Assembly: GCA_041550555.1 (NCBI GenBank)
Contig: JBFEOO010000005.1
Span: 14,017 to 78,016, forward strand
DNA length: 64,000 bases
Origin: Arenicellales bacterium
GTDB lineage: Bacteria; Pseudomonadota; Gammaproteobacteria; Arenicellales; JBFEOO01
Direction: 5' to 3'
The translations under genes and the position numbers were made by a program. The notes below the pieces were generated by a model that was not told the origin of the DNA, made no database searches, and saw only the letters and a program-made list of their open reading frames with translations. Below are positions 18,754-27,732 of this stretch, one piece after another; position 1 is the stretch's first letter, and the number at the start of each line of letters is the position of its first letter.

Positions 18754-19842
18754 CTACGCGGCGTTGGCGCGGCGGAATTTCTCCATGAACTCGGCCAGCG
18801 CCGCCACACCCTCGGTGGGCATGGCGTTGTAGAGGCTGGCCCGACAGCCGCCGACGCTGCGGTGGCCCTTGAGATTCAGGAGCTCCGCGTTCGACGCCTG
18901 TGCCAAAAACCGTGCTTCCAGCTCTTCGCTGGGCAGACGAAAGACGACATTCATTACCGAGCGGCTGCCGCGATCCACGGGGCAGCGGTAGTAATCGCCG
19001 CTCTCGTCGATGCAACGGTAGAGAATCGCCGCTTTGGCTTCGGCCTCTCTCTCTATCGCCGCCAGCCCGCCTTTCTGCCTCATCCACCCGAGCACCTTCC
19101 CGAGCATGTAAACGGCGAACACCGGCGGCGTATTGAACATCGACTCATTGTCCCGATGAACGTCGTAGCGGAGATAGCGCGCAATGTTGCGATTGGTGTC
19201 GGCGAGGATCGCGTCGCGCACGAACACCACTGCCAGTCCCGCCGGCCCCAGATTCTTCTGCACTCCCCCATAAACCAGATCGAACCGCTCCCAGGGAATC
19301 GGTCGCGCCATGTACTCCGACGACAGGTCTGCGACAAGGGGGACGCTCACACTGGGCCATTCCGCATAACGAATGCCGCCGATGGTCTCGTTTGAAGTCA
19401 GGTGCAGATAGCGGGTGTTTTCCTGGAGGACAATCTCGGCGGATTCCGGCATCCGCGTGTAGCCGCACTCGGCACCGTCCCAGGCCAGATAGACCTCCCC
19501 GTACTGCCGAGCGTCGTCAATGGCTCCTTTGGCCCATGATCCGGAGTGAACGTAGGCCGCGCGTTGGCCGGCCTTGAGCAGGTTCATCGGAACCATGCCG
19601 AACTGCAGGGTCGCGCCGCCCTGAATGAAAAGCACGGAGAACCCCTCCGGCACGTCGAACACCTCGAGCGCGAGCCGCATGGCCTCGTGGTGAACCTCGT
19701 CATAGTGCTTGCCTCGATGGCTCATCTCGATCAGCGACATTCCGGAGCCTTGATAGTCCACGAACTCCGCCTGCGCCTCCTGCAGTATTTCCAAGGGCAG
19801 CGTGCACGGTCCCGCGCAGAAGTTGAAAACGCGCCTCGTCAT
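18754..19842 (-). CDS. serC: 3-phosphoserine aminotransferase
   Basis: 362 aa with FNFCAGPCTLP, MSHRGK, GGATLQF and the C-terminal CRASLYNAMP motifs. Confidence 0.95.
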   Translation of the reverse strand: MTRRVFNFCAGPCTLPLEILQEAQAEFVDYQGSGMSLIEMSHRGKHYDEVHHEAMRLALEVFDVPEGFSVLFIQGGATLQFGMVPMNLLKAGQRAAYVHSGSWAKGAIDDARQYGEVYLAWDGAECGYTRMPESAEIVLQENTRYLHLTSNETIGGIRYAEWPSVSVPLVADLSSEYMARPIPWERFDLVYGGVQKNLGPAGLAVVFVRDAILADTNRNIARYLRYDVHRDNESMFNTPPVFAVYMLGKVLGWMRQKGGLAAIEREAEAKAAILYRCIDESGDYYRCPVDRGSRSVMNVVFRLPSEELEARFLAQASNAELLNLKGHRSVGGCRASLYNAMPTEGVAALAEFMEKFRRANAA

Positions 19843-19889
19843 AGCGAACTCCGATACTCCCGGTCAGTTGAGAAGCAGCCGTTTTACGG

Positions 19890-20852
19890 CTACATGTTCA
19901 CGCAGTTGAGGACGTCGCCACGACCGAAGGCGTCGACGATTTCGAGGACGCGACGGGCGACGGCTGCTTGGGCCTGGGACGTCGAGGCACCGATGTGGTG
20001 GGTGCCGTAGACGTTCGGGTGTCGGGCCAGGGCGGACTCGAACGTCGCCTGGGCACCGCCCGGCTCGTTCGCGTACACGTCCAGACCGGCGCGGATCCCC
20101 TTCTCGTCCATTGCCTTGATGAGCGCGTCCTCGTCGACGATATCGCCGCGCGACGTATTGAGGATCACGGCGCCGGGCTTGAGCCGCGCCAGCAAAGCGG
20201 CATCGACCATCTGCCTCGTGGTCGCCGTTGCAGGCACATGAAAGCTGAGAATATCGCAGCATTCGGCTAACCGTCCGATATCGTCGACGTACACCGTCCC
20301 CAGCGAATCCAATCTTGCCCGCGTGACGTCGGGACGGTCCGCCTTGCGCAGCGCATGTATCCGCAGACCAAAAGCGACGGCGCGCTCAGCCACTGCCATG
20401 CCGACCGCGCCCAGACCCACTATACCGATATTCCTGCCAAAAAGTCCGAGAGCCTCGGAGTAGCGTTTCTTGTCCCAGCGGCCGCGCCGCAGATCGAACA
20501 CGTTGTCGGCTATGTTGCGATCGATGCACAGCAGCAGCCCCATGGTCAGCTCGGCGACCGCTATGGCGTTCTGTCCCGGCACATTGCAGACACGGACGTT
20601 GCGGTCGGCAGCGGCTTGGGTGTCGATGGTATTGGTTCCGGCGCCGGCGCGGATGACCAGAGCCAGCCGGTCACTCGAGGCGATCGTCGCGGCAGTGACC
20701 CGCGTGCTGCGCACGATCAAGCAATCGTGCCCCGCTATGGCGTCCACCAACTCATCGGCCGCGAGCTCTGGGCGGTACGTGCAGCGGTGCCCACTGTCCT
20801 CGAGCTCATGCAGGCAACTCTGTGGAAGCTTGTCGGCAACCAGAATATCCAT
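19890..20852 (-). CDS. serA: D-3-phosphoglycerate dehydrogenase-like 2-hydroxyacid dehydrogenase (short form)
   Basis: NAD-binding GIVGLGAVG is present, along with the catalytic region NTSRGDIVDE...THHIGAST. It sits immediately upstream of serC. The start is taken at MDILVADK. Confidence 0.8.
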   Translation of the reverse strand: MDILVADKLPQSCLHELEDSGHRCTYRPELAADELVDAIAGHDCLIVRSTRVTAATIASSDRLALVIRAGAGTNTIDTQAAADRNVRVCNVPGQNAIAVAELTMGLLLCIDRNIADNVFDLRRGRWDKKRYSEALGLFGRNIGIVGLGAVGMAVAERAVAFGLRIHALRKADRPDVTRARLDSLGTVYVDDIGRLAECCDILSFHVPATATTRQMVDAALLARLKPGAVILNTSRGDIVDEDALIKAMDEKGIRAGLDVYANEPGGAQATFESALARHPNVYGTHHIGASTSQAQAAVARRVLEIVDAFGRGDVLNCVNM

Positions 20853-21363
20853 GAGGTCCCCCGTGCGGTGAAGCACTCGGCGATGCAAACCGAAAAAGCT
20901 ACGCCGACCGCTGGCTCCGGAGCAAGGGCGCCGGTCAAGCGCACGCTGTGGGCGGGCGAGCGCCGACCGTGCTCTACCCCTTGTCCGAGATTAAAAAGCG
21001 CTCATAGTGCATCAAGGTCGCGGTGGGCAATTGCTTGAGAACGGCGTCGAGGTGCGCAGCTGCGTCGCGACCGCGCCGACTCACGCACCGTCGGCTTCCA
21101 CCGCGGGGCGCGCTTGCCCACCGCCGTCGCCCGGCGTCGGCCGAGCGGCGGGCTCGGGCGATGAACGCGGGGCGGCTCGCTCGCCCGATGGACGCCCCTG
21201 TAGAATCGCTCGACCACCGTGACGCGTCCGCGGCGGACCGTCCACTCCCGACAGCGGGCGGTCGCGCGGACGCGCCGGCCTCCCGTCATGGCTAGTGGGT
21301 CGACTCGATCGCGGCAGGCGGCACCGTGGAACGAACCGAAGACCCGATCCAGGAGGCGTTGAC

Positions 21364-21759
21364 ATGACGGCACCGCTTTTCCACAACCTCGCTCAGGCGC
21401 CGGCCCCGGTGGCGCCGTTCAGCCACGCCGTCGAGGCCGATGGCTGGGTGCTGCTCACCGGTCAGATGCCCACCGACCCCACTGACGACACGCGGCCGCT
21501 GCCCGAGGGCATCGACGCCCAGACGCGCCGCGTGATCGACAATTTGCGTATCGTGCTCAACGGCCTCGCACTCGATCTCGAGCACGTCGTTCAGGTGCGT
21601 GCCTACCTGACCCACTTCGACGATCACTACGCTGCGTTCAATCGTGTCTACGCCTCGTATTTTCCCCACAACCGGCTCCCGGCGCGCACCTGCATCGGCG
21701 TGACCGCGCTCGCGCGCGGCGCACTGGTGGAGATCGACATGGTTGCGCGGCGACCCTAA
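21364..21759 (+). CDS. RidA/YjgF-family reactive-intermediate deaminase
   Basis: 131 aa with PFSHAVEADGWVLLTGQ, VRAYL and PARTCIGVTALARGALVEID. GGAGG lies 8 nt upstream of the ATG. Confidence 0.9.
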   Translation: MTAPLFHNLAQAPAPVAPFSHAVEADGWVLLTGQMPTDPTDDTRPLPEGIDAQTRRVIDNLRIVLNGLALDLEHVVQVRAYLTHFDDHYAAFNRVYASYFPHNRLPARTCIGVTALARGALVEIDMVARRP

Positions 21760-21880
21760 ACGGCCGACATCGCCAAGCCACCCGCCGTCCCCATCGTTTG
21801 TCAGCTTACCCGGCACAGGCTATAGTGGCGCCGCCGCGGTCCGGCGGCGTCGCCGCTCGCCATGGAAGGAGAACAGGCCC

Positions 21881-22762
21881 TTGAGCAGGTTCCGGGATCT
21901 ACTGCAGTCCGACACGTTCGTCGTCACCTGCGAGCTGACACCCCCGAAGGGCACCAATCTGGCGCCGCTGCTCGCCAACGCCGAGGCCCTGAAGTCCGTC
22001 GCCGACGCCGTCAACGTAACCGACTCGCATGCCGCGCGCATGGCCATGGATCCCACTGCGGTCGCCCATCTGCTTCTCGACCGCGGCTTAGAGCCGATCG
22101 TGCAGATGACCGGTCGCGATCGAAATCGCATCGCGATCCAGGCGGGCCTGCTGGGCGCGGCCGCGCTGGGTATCACCAACGTCGTGTTCATGGGCGGCGA
22201 TTCCCCCTCGACCGGAGACCACCCCGACGCCAAGCCGGTATTCGATCTCTATGCGGCCGATCTCATTCGCGCAGCGCGCTTGCTGGAGAGCGGCCACGAT
22301 CTGGGCGGCCACGCACTCAACGGCACGCCGAAATTCTGTGTCGGCGCGGTAGTCAATCCCGGCGCATCGGATCTGCGAGCGGAGCTCGACGCCATGCGCC
22401 GCAAGATCGATGCGGGCGCCGAGTTCTTCCAGACCCAGGCCGTCTACGATACCGCGCGTTTCGAGGAATTCATGGCGCAGGCCGGCGGTCTCGGTGCAGC
22501 AATTCTCGCCGGCGTCATTCCCATCAAGTCGCTGCGGATGGCCAACTACCTGAACAAGAACGTGCCCGGCATCTGCGTGCCCGAACCGGTGCTGCGGGAG
22601 CTCGCCGAGGCAGAGCAGCGCGGCGCCGACATCGAACGCTGCGCCATCGACATCGCGGCCCGCACACTGCACGCCCTGCGACCGCTTTGCCACGGCGCGC
22701 ACATCATGGCGATCGGCTGGGAAGACCGGATTCCCGCGATCATCGCTGCCGCCCGGGGCTGA
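21881..22762 (+). CDS. methylenetetrahydrofolate reductase, MetF-type (copy 2)
   Basis: The TTG start at 21881 is preceded by AAGGAG about 9 nt upstream. The protein has FVVTCELTPPKG, MTGRDRNRIAIQAGLLGA and VFMGGD. It is paralogous to 9532-10548 but has no MetV-like partner. Confidence 0.8.
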   Translation: MSRFRDLLQSDTFVVTCELTPPKGTNLAPLLANAEALKSVADAVNVTDSHAARMAMDPTAVAHLLLDRGLEPIVQMTGRDRNRIAIQAGLLGAAALGITNVVFMGGDSPSTGDHPDAKPVFDLYAADLIRAARLLESGHDLGGHALNGTPKFCVGAVVNPGASDLRAELDAMRRKIDAGAEFFQTQAVYDTARFEEFMAQAGGLGAAILAGVIPIKSLRMANYLNKNVPGICVPEPVLRELAEAEQRGADIERCAIDIAARTLHALRPLCHGAHIMAIGWEDRIPAIIAAARG

Positions 22763-22872
22763 TCGGCGCCGGCGGCAACCGTCGCGGCGCCACCGCGCTT
22801 CGGGGTAAGATGCGCGAGACGGCGGCCTTGCGTCCACGGCGCATCGCTTGACCTGCATCAAGCGCGTGCCCA

Positions 22873-22904
22873 GGACGAGACGTACCATGGTACCGGACGA
22901 GACG
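22873..22904. promoter_or_regulatory. candidate operator: 12-nt perfect palindrome flanked by 10-nt direct repeats
   Basis: The layout is GGACGAGACG (22873-22882), then GTACCATGGTAC (22882-22893), then GGACGAGACG (22895-22904). It lies about 90-120 nt upstream of the hpf-like ATG. Confidence 0.3.
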
Positions 22905-22991
22905 CACCGCAAAACGCGGCTGCGGCGCACAACGCCCCGTCAGGCACAGCGCCGATCCACATTGGATATCGGGTAACAGGAAAAGCACAAC

Positions 22992-23357
22992 ATGACGAAA
23001 CCGCTTCAGATCACGTGGCAGCGAATCGCTCAATCCGACGCAATCGAGGCAGCCATCCGCAAGCGCGCGGACAAGCTCAAGACCTACTACGAGCACGTCA
23101 TGGGGTGTCACGTTGTCATCGACGCGCCCCACGCCCACCAGCACAAGGGTAAGCGCTACCAGGTTCGCATAGACCTCACCGTGCCGGGGTCCGAGATCGT
23201 CGTCAACCGCGATCACGACAAGGGCGGGACCCACGAGGATATCTATGTGGCCATCCGCGACGCCTTCGACGCCGCGAAAAGACAGCTCCAGGAGTACGCC
23301 CGGCGCCAGCGCGGCGACGTCAAGACCCACGAGGAGAATGCTCCGCCCGAGTCCTGA
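22992..23357 (+). CDS. HPF/RaiA-family ribosome-associated (hibernation) protein
   Basis: 121 aa. MTKPLQITWQRIAQSDAIEAAIRKRADKL...YQVRIDLTVPGSEIVV fits the short HPF/RaiA fold pattern. Confidence 0.75.
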   Translation: MTKPLQITWQRIAQSDAIEAAIRKRADKLKTYYEHVMGCHVVIDAPHAHQHKGKRYQVRIDLTVPGSEIVVNRDHDKGGTHEDIYVAIRDAFDAAKRQLQEYARRQRGDVKTHEENAPPES

Positions 23358-23814
23358 TTCGCGACCGCATTCGGCGCCGACGCCCGCCTGCGCCCTGCGT
23401 ATCGCGCCCGATGTGTGGATCGCCGAGGACGAACTCAGCTTTCGGGCGATTCGCGCATCGGGTCCCGGCGGTCAGCGCGTCAACAAAGTCGCCACCGCGG
23501 TGCAGCTTCGCTTCGACACACGGCGTAGCCGCGGTCTGCCGGAGAGCGTGCGTGCACGGCTATGCGACCTCGCCGGGCACAGGCTCACCACCGCCGGGGT
23601 CATCGTCATCACCGCCCGGCGCTACCGCGACCAGGAGCAGAATCGGCGCGACGCGCGCGAGCGCCTGCGCTCGCTGGTCCAGCGCGCATGCGCCGCACCC
23701 AAGCCCAGAAAGAAGACCCGACCGAGCCGCGCCGCCCGCGAAAGGCGCCTCGACGCCAAGAGAGCGCGCGCCGAGATCAAGCGCTTGCGGCGCAGCGTCG
23801 CGCCCGGGGACTGA
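23338..23814 (+). CDS. arfB: alternative ribosome-rescue factor ArfB (peptidyl-tRNA hydrolase, GGQ)
   Basis: It contains AIRASGPGGQRVNKVATAVQLRF and a basic C-terminal tail (KKTRPSRAARERRLDAKRARAEIKRLRR). The ATG at 23338 is preceded by GAGGAG and overlaps the hpf 3' end by 20 nt. The start is not certain. Confidence 0.85.
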   Translation: MLRPSPDSRPHSAPTPACALRIAPDVWIAEDELSFRAIRASGPGGQRVNKVATAVQLRFDTRRSRGLPESVRARLCDLAGHRLTTAGVIVITARRYRDQEQNRRDARERLRSLVQRACAAPKPRKKTRPSRAARERRLDAKRARAEIKRLRRSVAPGD

Positions 23815-23837
23815 CTCGGCGCGCCGGCGTCTGCCGC

Positions 23838-24446
23838 TCAGTCGGGGGTCTTGACGCGGTAGCCGAACTCCGTCGACGCATCGACCACCCAGCGCCAGAG
23901 ATAATCAGCGAAACTGCGCCTGACAACGATATCAAAAACGCCTTGCGCTCGATGCACCAGCAAAAGACTTGCACGAGCGAGCACCGTCTGGGCGCAGTCG
24001 CCAACGGCGAATCGGCGATCGTGCAGATCCAGCGGGCAACCTTTCGCGAGCACATCGCGCGCACGGGCCCCTTCGAGCGTGATAACACCGAGGCCGCCGC
24101 TCACGTCGGTGATCGCCACGAATGAACCGGCAATCGCCCGGTCCAGCGCATCGATGCGTTCCGTGTCCCTTTCGTACGGCGTCGTGACCAGCCACTCGTC
24201 GGGTCCAAGCCAGCACACGGTGACACCGGGGCCGCTCACCACCGTATTCGCCTGCGTCGGCAGCTCGATGCCTAGAGAGTCCCTGACCGCGCGCCGCAGC
24301 GCGGTGTCGCGGGCATCACCGCGCAGATTGTAGTGACCGAGGAAACGGCGCTCGCCGATGACGACGCCGGCCTCGCCCGCGCCGCCGGCCGCCGGCGTGC
24401 CGGCAAGATGGGCGAGCGCGCTCTCGCGGCGAATGCCGTCAGACAC
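23838..24446 (-). CDS. soxG: sarcosine oxidase subunit gamma
   Basis: 202 aa from the GTG at 24446, which overlaps the soxA stop. Its position and size match the classical soxBDAG order. Confidence 0.85.
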   Translation of the reverse strand: MSDGIRRESALAHLAGTPAAGGAGEAGVVIGERRFLGHYNLRGDARDTALRRAVRDSLGIELPTQANTVVSGPGVTVCWLGPDEWLVTTPYERDTERIDALDRAIAGSFVAITDVSGGLGVITLEGARARDVLAKGCPLDLHDRRFAVGDCAQTVLARASLLLVHRAQGVFDIVVRRSFADYLWRWVVDASTEFGYRVKTPD

Positions 24447-27444
24447 GTTGGCGCTCCCCCTGAGGGTCGTAGAACACCGGCGAGGTGATCGTCGCACGCA
24501 GCGTACGGCCGTCCATGAGCGGCGCAAAGACGGCGCCTCCCACGCGACCGCGACCGCCCTTGACAAGGGCCAGCGCGATGGAGCGCCCGAGACATGCGCT
24601 CCAGTAGCTCGAGGTGACGTGGCCGACCATGGGCACGGGCCGCTCGTCCGTCGGCTCGTTGACGAGCTGTGCGCCTTCAGGCAGCACGTCCGCCGGATTC
24701 TCGGTCAGCAATCCGACCAGCTGCTTGCGGTTCTCACGCACACAGTCGCTTCGAGACAGCGACCGCTTGCCGATGAAATCCTTGCGCTGGGACAGGATCC
24801 AGTCCATACCGAGATCGACCGGAGTAGCCGAGCCATCGGTGTCCTGACCGACTATGACGTAGCCCTTCTCCGCCCGCAGCACGTGCATGGACTCAGTGCC
24901 GTACGCCGTGATCCCGTGCGGTGCGCCGGCCTCCATCAACGCGTCCCACAGAAAACGGCCGTAGTCGGCGCAGACATTGATCTCGTAGCCAAGCTCGCCG
25001 CTGAAGCTGATGCGGAACACCCGCGCCGGCACGCCGGCCACCGTCCCTTCGCGTACCGCCATGAAGGGAAAGGCATCGCCGGAGAAATCGATGTCGTCAC
25101 ACAGTGCGGCGATCAGCTGCCGACTCTTCGGCCCTGCGATCGAGGCGACCGCCCAGTGGTCGGTCACCGACGTGAGGTACAGGCGAAGCTCCGGCCACTC
25201 CGTTTGCAGCCAGCGCTCCATCCACGCAAACACGCGGGCGGCACCGCCCGTCGTCGTCGTCATGAAGAAGTGATCCGGCCCGAGGCGGGACGTCACCCCG
25301 TCGTCCATGACCATACCGTCTTCGCCGAGCATGACGCCGTAGCGGCAGCGCCCGATCTCCAGCCGCGACCAGCTGTTGGTGTAGATGCGGTCGAGAAACG
25401 TGGCCGCGTCGGGCCCGCGAATGTCGATCTTGCCCAGCGTGGAGGCGTCCAGTATGCCGACGCCCGCGCGCGTCGCCCTGCACTCCCGGTTGACGGCGTC
25501 CTGCATGGTCTCGCCCGAGCGTGGGTAAAACCAGGGGCGTTTCCACTGTCCGACGTTCTCGAACTCGGCGCCGTGCGCTATGTGCCATGCGTGCATGGGC
25601 GTCTGCCGCACCGGATCGAAGCGCTCGGCGCCGAGATCGCGCCCGGCGAGCGCAGCGAACGGCACCGGCGTGTAGGGTGGGCGAAAGGTAGTCGTGCCGA
25701 TCTCGGCCAGGTCCCGGCCCAGTGTCCGCGCCAGGATCGCCATGCCGTTGATGTTTCCGAGCTTGCCCTGGTCGGTACCGAACCCGAGCGCCGTGTAGCG
25801 CTTGACGTGCTCGATCGAACGGTAGCCCTCGCGTGCCGCGAGACGGATGTCGGCCGCAGTGGTGTCGTTCTGCAGGTCGACGAACTGTTTGGGTCGGCCG
25901 GCGCCAGCGCCCGTCGGCACCCACCACAGCGGCTGCAGAGGCTGCTCGTCGTGCTCCGCAACCTCCGGCGGCGCAGCAGCAGGGTCGTTGAAACCGGCCG
26001 CCTGCGCAGCGTCGATACCCGCGCGGTGACCCTCGCGCAGGCAAGCGCCCAGCGCAAAAGTGCCGTTGCACGCCCCGGCCGAGCGCTCCGCCTGCACGGG
26101 CGCGCCGGGGACGAAGCATACCCTGTCCGCGTCGAACCGCGGCCGACCCCCGGACTGCGCGTGAAGATGCACTGCCGGACTCCACCCACCTGCTACCGCC
26201 AGCAGGTCGCACGCGAGCGACCCCGCCGCACCCAGGCAGTGCGACAGATCCGGCGCCACGCGCTCGACGGCGACGCTCGACAGCGAACGCCGGCCGATCG
26301 CCCTGGTGACGACGCTGCCGGTGATGATGTCGACGCCCCGCGCGCGCACGCGCTCGGGCAGTGCGCCGGTCAGCTCGGGCCGCGGGTCCACGACGGCCGA
26401 GACGGCCAGCCCGGCGTCGAGCAGGTCGATCGCCGTTCGGTAGGCGGCGTCGTTGTTGGTGAAGAGCACGGCGCGGCGCCCCGGCGCGACGCCATAGCGC
26501 TTCAGGTAGGTCGACACGGCGGAGGCCAGCATGACGCCCGGCGTGTCGTTGTCGGTAAACACGAGCGGCCGCTCGATAGCGCCGGTAGCGAGGACCACCT
26601 CGTGCGCCCGCACATGCCACAGGCGGTGGCGCGGCAACGCGGCGGGAGCGTGTGCCAAATGGTCCGTCACCCGCTCGAGCACCGCGAGCAGGTTGTGATC
26701 GTAGTAGCCAAACAACGTGCTGCGGCGCAGCAGACGCACCTCGCCCATGCCGCCGAGCTCGTCGACGACCTCGGCGACCCAATCCATGGCGGGTCGGCCG
26801 CCGATCGGGTCGTCGCTCCGCAGCAGGCTGCCGCCGAACTCGGACTGCTCGTCCACCACCATCACGCGCGCACCCGCTTGGGCAGCCGCGCGGGCGGCCG
26901 CCAGCCCGGCCGCACCGGCGCCCACCACGAGCACGTCACAGTGGGCGTAAACCCGCTCGTAGCGATCGACATCGCCCGCAGTGGGGGCTCTGCCCAACCC
27001 AGCGGCCTTACGGATCAGCCGCTCGTAGTGCATCCAGAATCCCGGCGGCCACATGAAGGTCTTGTAGTAGAAACCCGCCGGCAGCACAGCCGAGAGCAAC
27101 CCGCTGGCGGCGAAGACGTCGCGCTCGACGCTCGGCCACCCGCCGACACTGCGCACCTGCAGTCCCTCGTAGAGCTCGATCTGGGTCGCCAGCGCGTTGG
27201 GCACCGTCGCCGCGCCGTCGCCGAGCTGCATCACGGCGTTGGGCTCGTCGGCGCCACTGCCGATGATGCCCCGCGGGCGGTGGTACTTGATGCTGCGGGC
27301 CACGGTGCGCACACCGTTGGCGAGCAGCGCGGCGGCGACGGTGTCGCCGGCGTAGCCCTGCAGGCGCCGACCGTTGAAGCTGAAAACGAGCGGTGTGTCG
27401 CGGTCGATGCGACCGCCGATTGGCAGTCTATTGTGCTGCGTCAC
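24439..27444 (-). CDS. soxA: sarcosine oxidase subunit alpha
   Basis: 1001 aa from the GTG at 27444 (GTGA overlap with the soxD stop). The N-terminal NAD/FAD fold motif is DVLVVGAGAAGLAAA, and the C-terminal half is GcvT-like and folate-binding. Confidence 0.95.
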   Translation of the reverse strand: MTQHNRLPIGGRIDRDTPLVFSFNGRRLQGYAGDTVAAALLANGVRTVARSIKYHRPRGIIGSGADEPNAVMQLGDGAATVPNALATQIELYEGLQVRSVGGWPSVERDVFAASGLLSAVLPAGFYYKTFMWPPGFWMHYERLIRKAAGLGRAPTAGDVDRYERVYAHCDVLVVGAGAAGLAAARAAAQAGARVMVVDEQSEFGGSLLRSDDPIGGRPAMDWVAEVVDELGGMGEVRLLRRSTLFGYYDHNLLAVLERVTDHLAHAPAALPRHRLWHVRAHEVVLATGAIERPLVFTDNDTPGVMLASAVSTYLKRYGVAPGRRAVLFTNNDAAYRTAIDLLDAGLAVSAVVDPRPELTGALPERVRARGVDIITGSVVTRAIGRRSLSSVAVERVAPDLSHCLGAAGSLACDLLAVAGGWSPAVHLHAQSGGRPRFDADRVCFVPGAPVQAERSAGACNGTFALGACLREGHRAGIDAAQAAGFNDPAAAPPEVAEHDEQPLQPLWWVPTGAGAGRPKQFVDLQNDTTAADIRLAAREGYRSIEHVKRYTALGFGTDQGKLGNINGMAILARTLGRDLAEIGTTTFRPPYTPVPFAALAGRDLGAERFDPVRQTPMHAWHIAHGAEFENVGQWKRPWFYPRSGETMQDAVNRECRATRAGVGILDASTLGKIDIRGPDAATFLDRIYTNSWSRLEIGRCRYGVMLGEDGMVMDDGVTSRLGPDHFFMTTTTGGAARVFAWMERWLQTEWPELRLYLTSVTDHWAVASIAGPKSRQLIAALCDDIDFSGDAFPFMAVREGTVAGVPARVFRISFSGELGYEINVCADYGRFLWDALMEAGAPHGITAYGTESMHVLRAEKGYVIVGQDTDGSATPVDLGMDWILSQRKDFIGKRSLSRSDCVRENRKQLVGLLTENPADVLPEGAQLVNEPTDERPVPMVGHVTSSYWSACLGRSIALALVKGGRGRVGGAVFAPLMDGRTLRATITSPVFYDPQGERQRV

Positions 27445-27722
27445 TCGCCGCTCTCCGGGGCGGGCTCGCCCATTTCGTAGACGGCGCTGACGCGATAGCT
27501 CACGGTATCGCGCACGGCGTTGAACCAGCGGCGACAGCCATGGGTGTGACACCACTGCTCGAGATGCCTGCCCTTGGGATTGCTGCGCATGAACAGGTAG
27601 TCCGCCCACTCGGCATCGGAGAGCCTGCCCGGATCCTCAGGCCGTACGATGTGTGCCTCACCCCCGTAGCTGAACTCGCTCTGATCCCGATACCCGCACC
27701 AGGGACACTCGATGAGCAACAT
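27441..27722 (-). CDS. soxD: sarcosine oxidase subunit delta
   Basis: 93 aa, starting MLLIECPWCGYRDQSEFSYGGEAHIVRP with a zinc-binding Cys/His pattern. Confidence 0.95.
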   Translation of the reverse strand: MLLIECPWCGYRDQSEFSYGGEAHIVRPEDPGRLSDAEWADYLFMRSNPKGRHLEQWCHTHGCRRWFNAVRDTVSYRVSAVYEMGEPAPESGE

Positions 27723-27732
27723 GCCGCACCTC

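Noticed and set aside
24358-27480. 1040-aa plus-strand ORF opposite soxA
   Set aside because: It is antisense to a gene with unmistakable SoxA motifs, and its product is compositionally biased junk. The antisense ORFs 25097-26782, 27712-29241 and 29386-30369 are rejected for the same reason.
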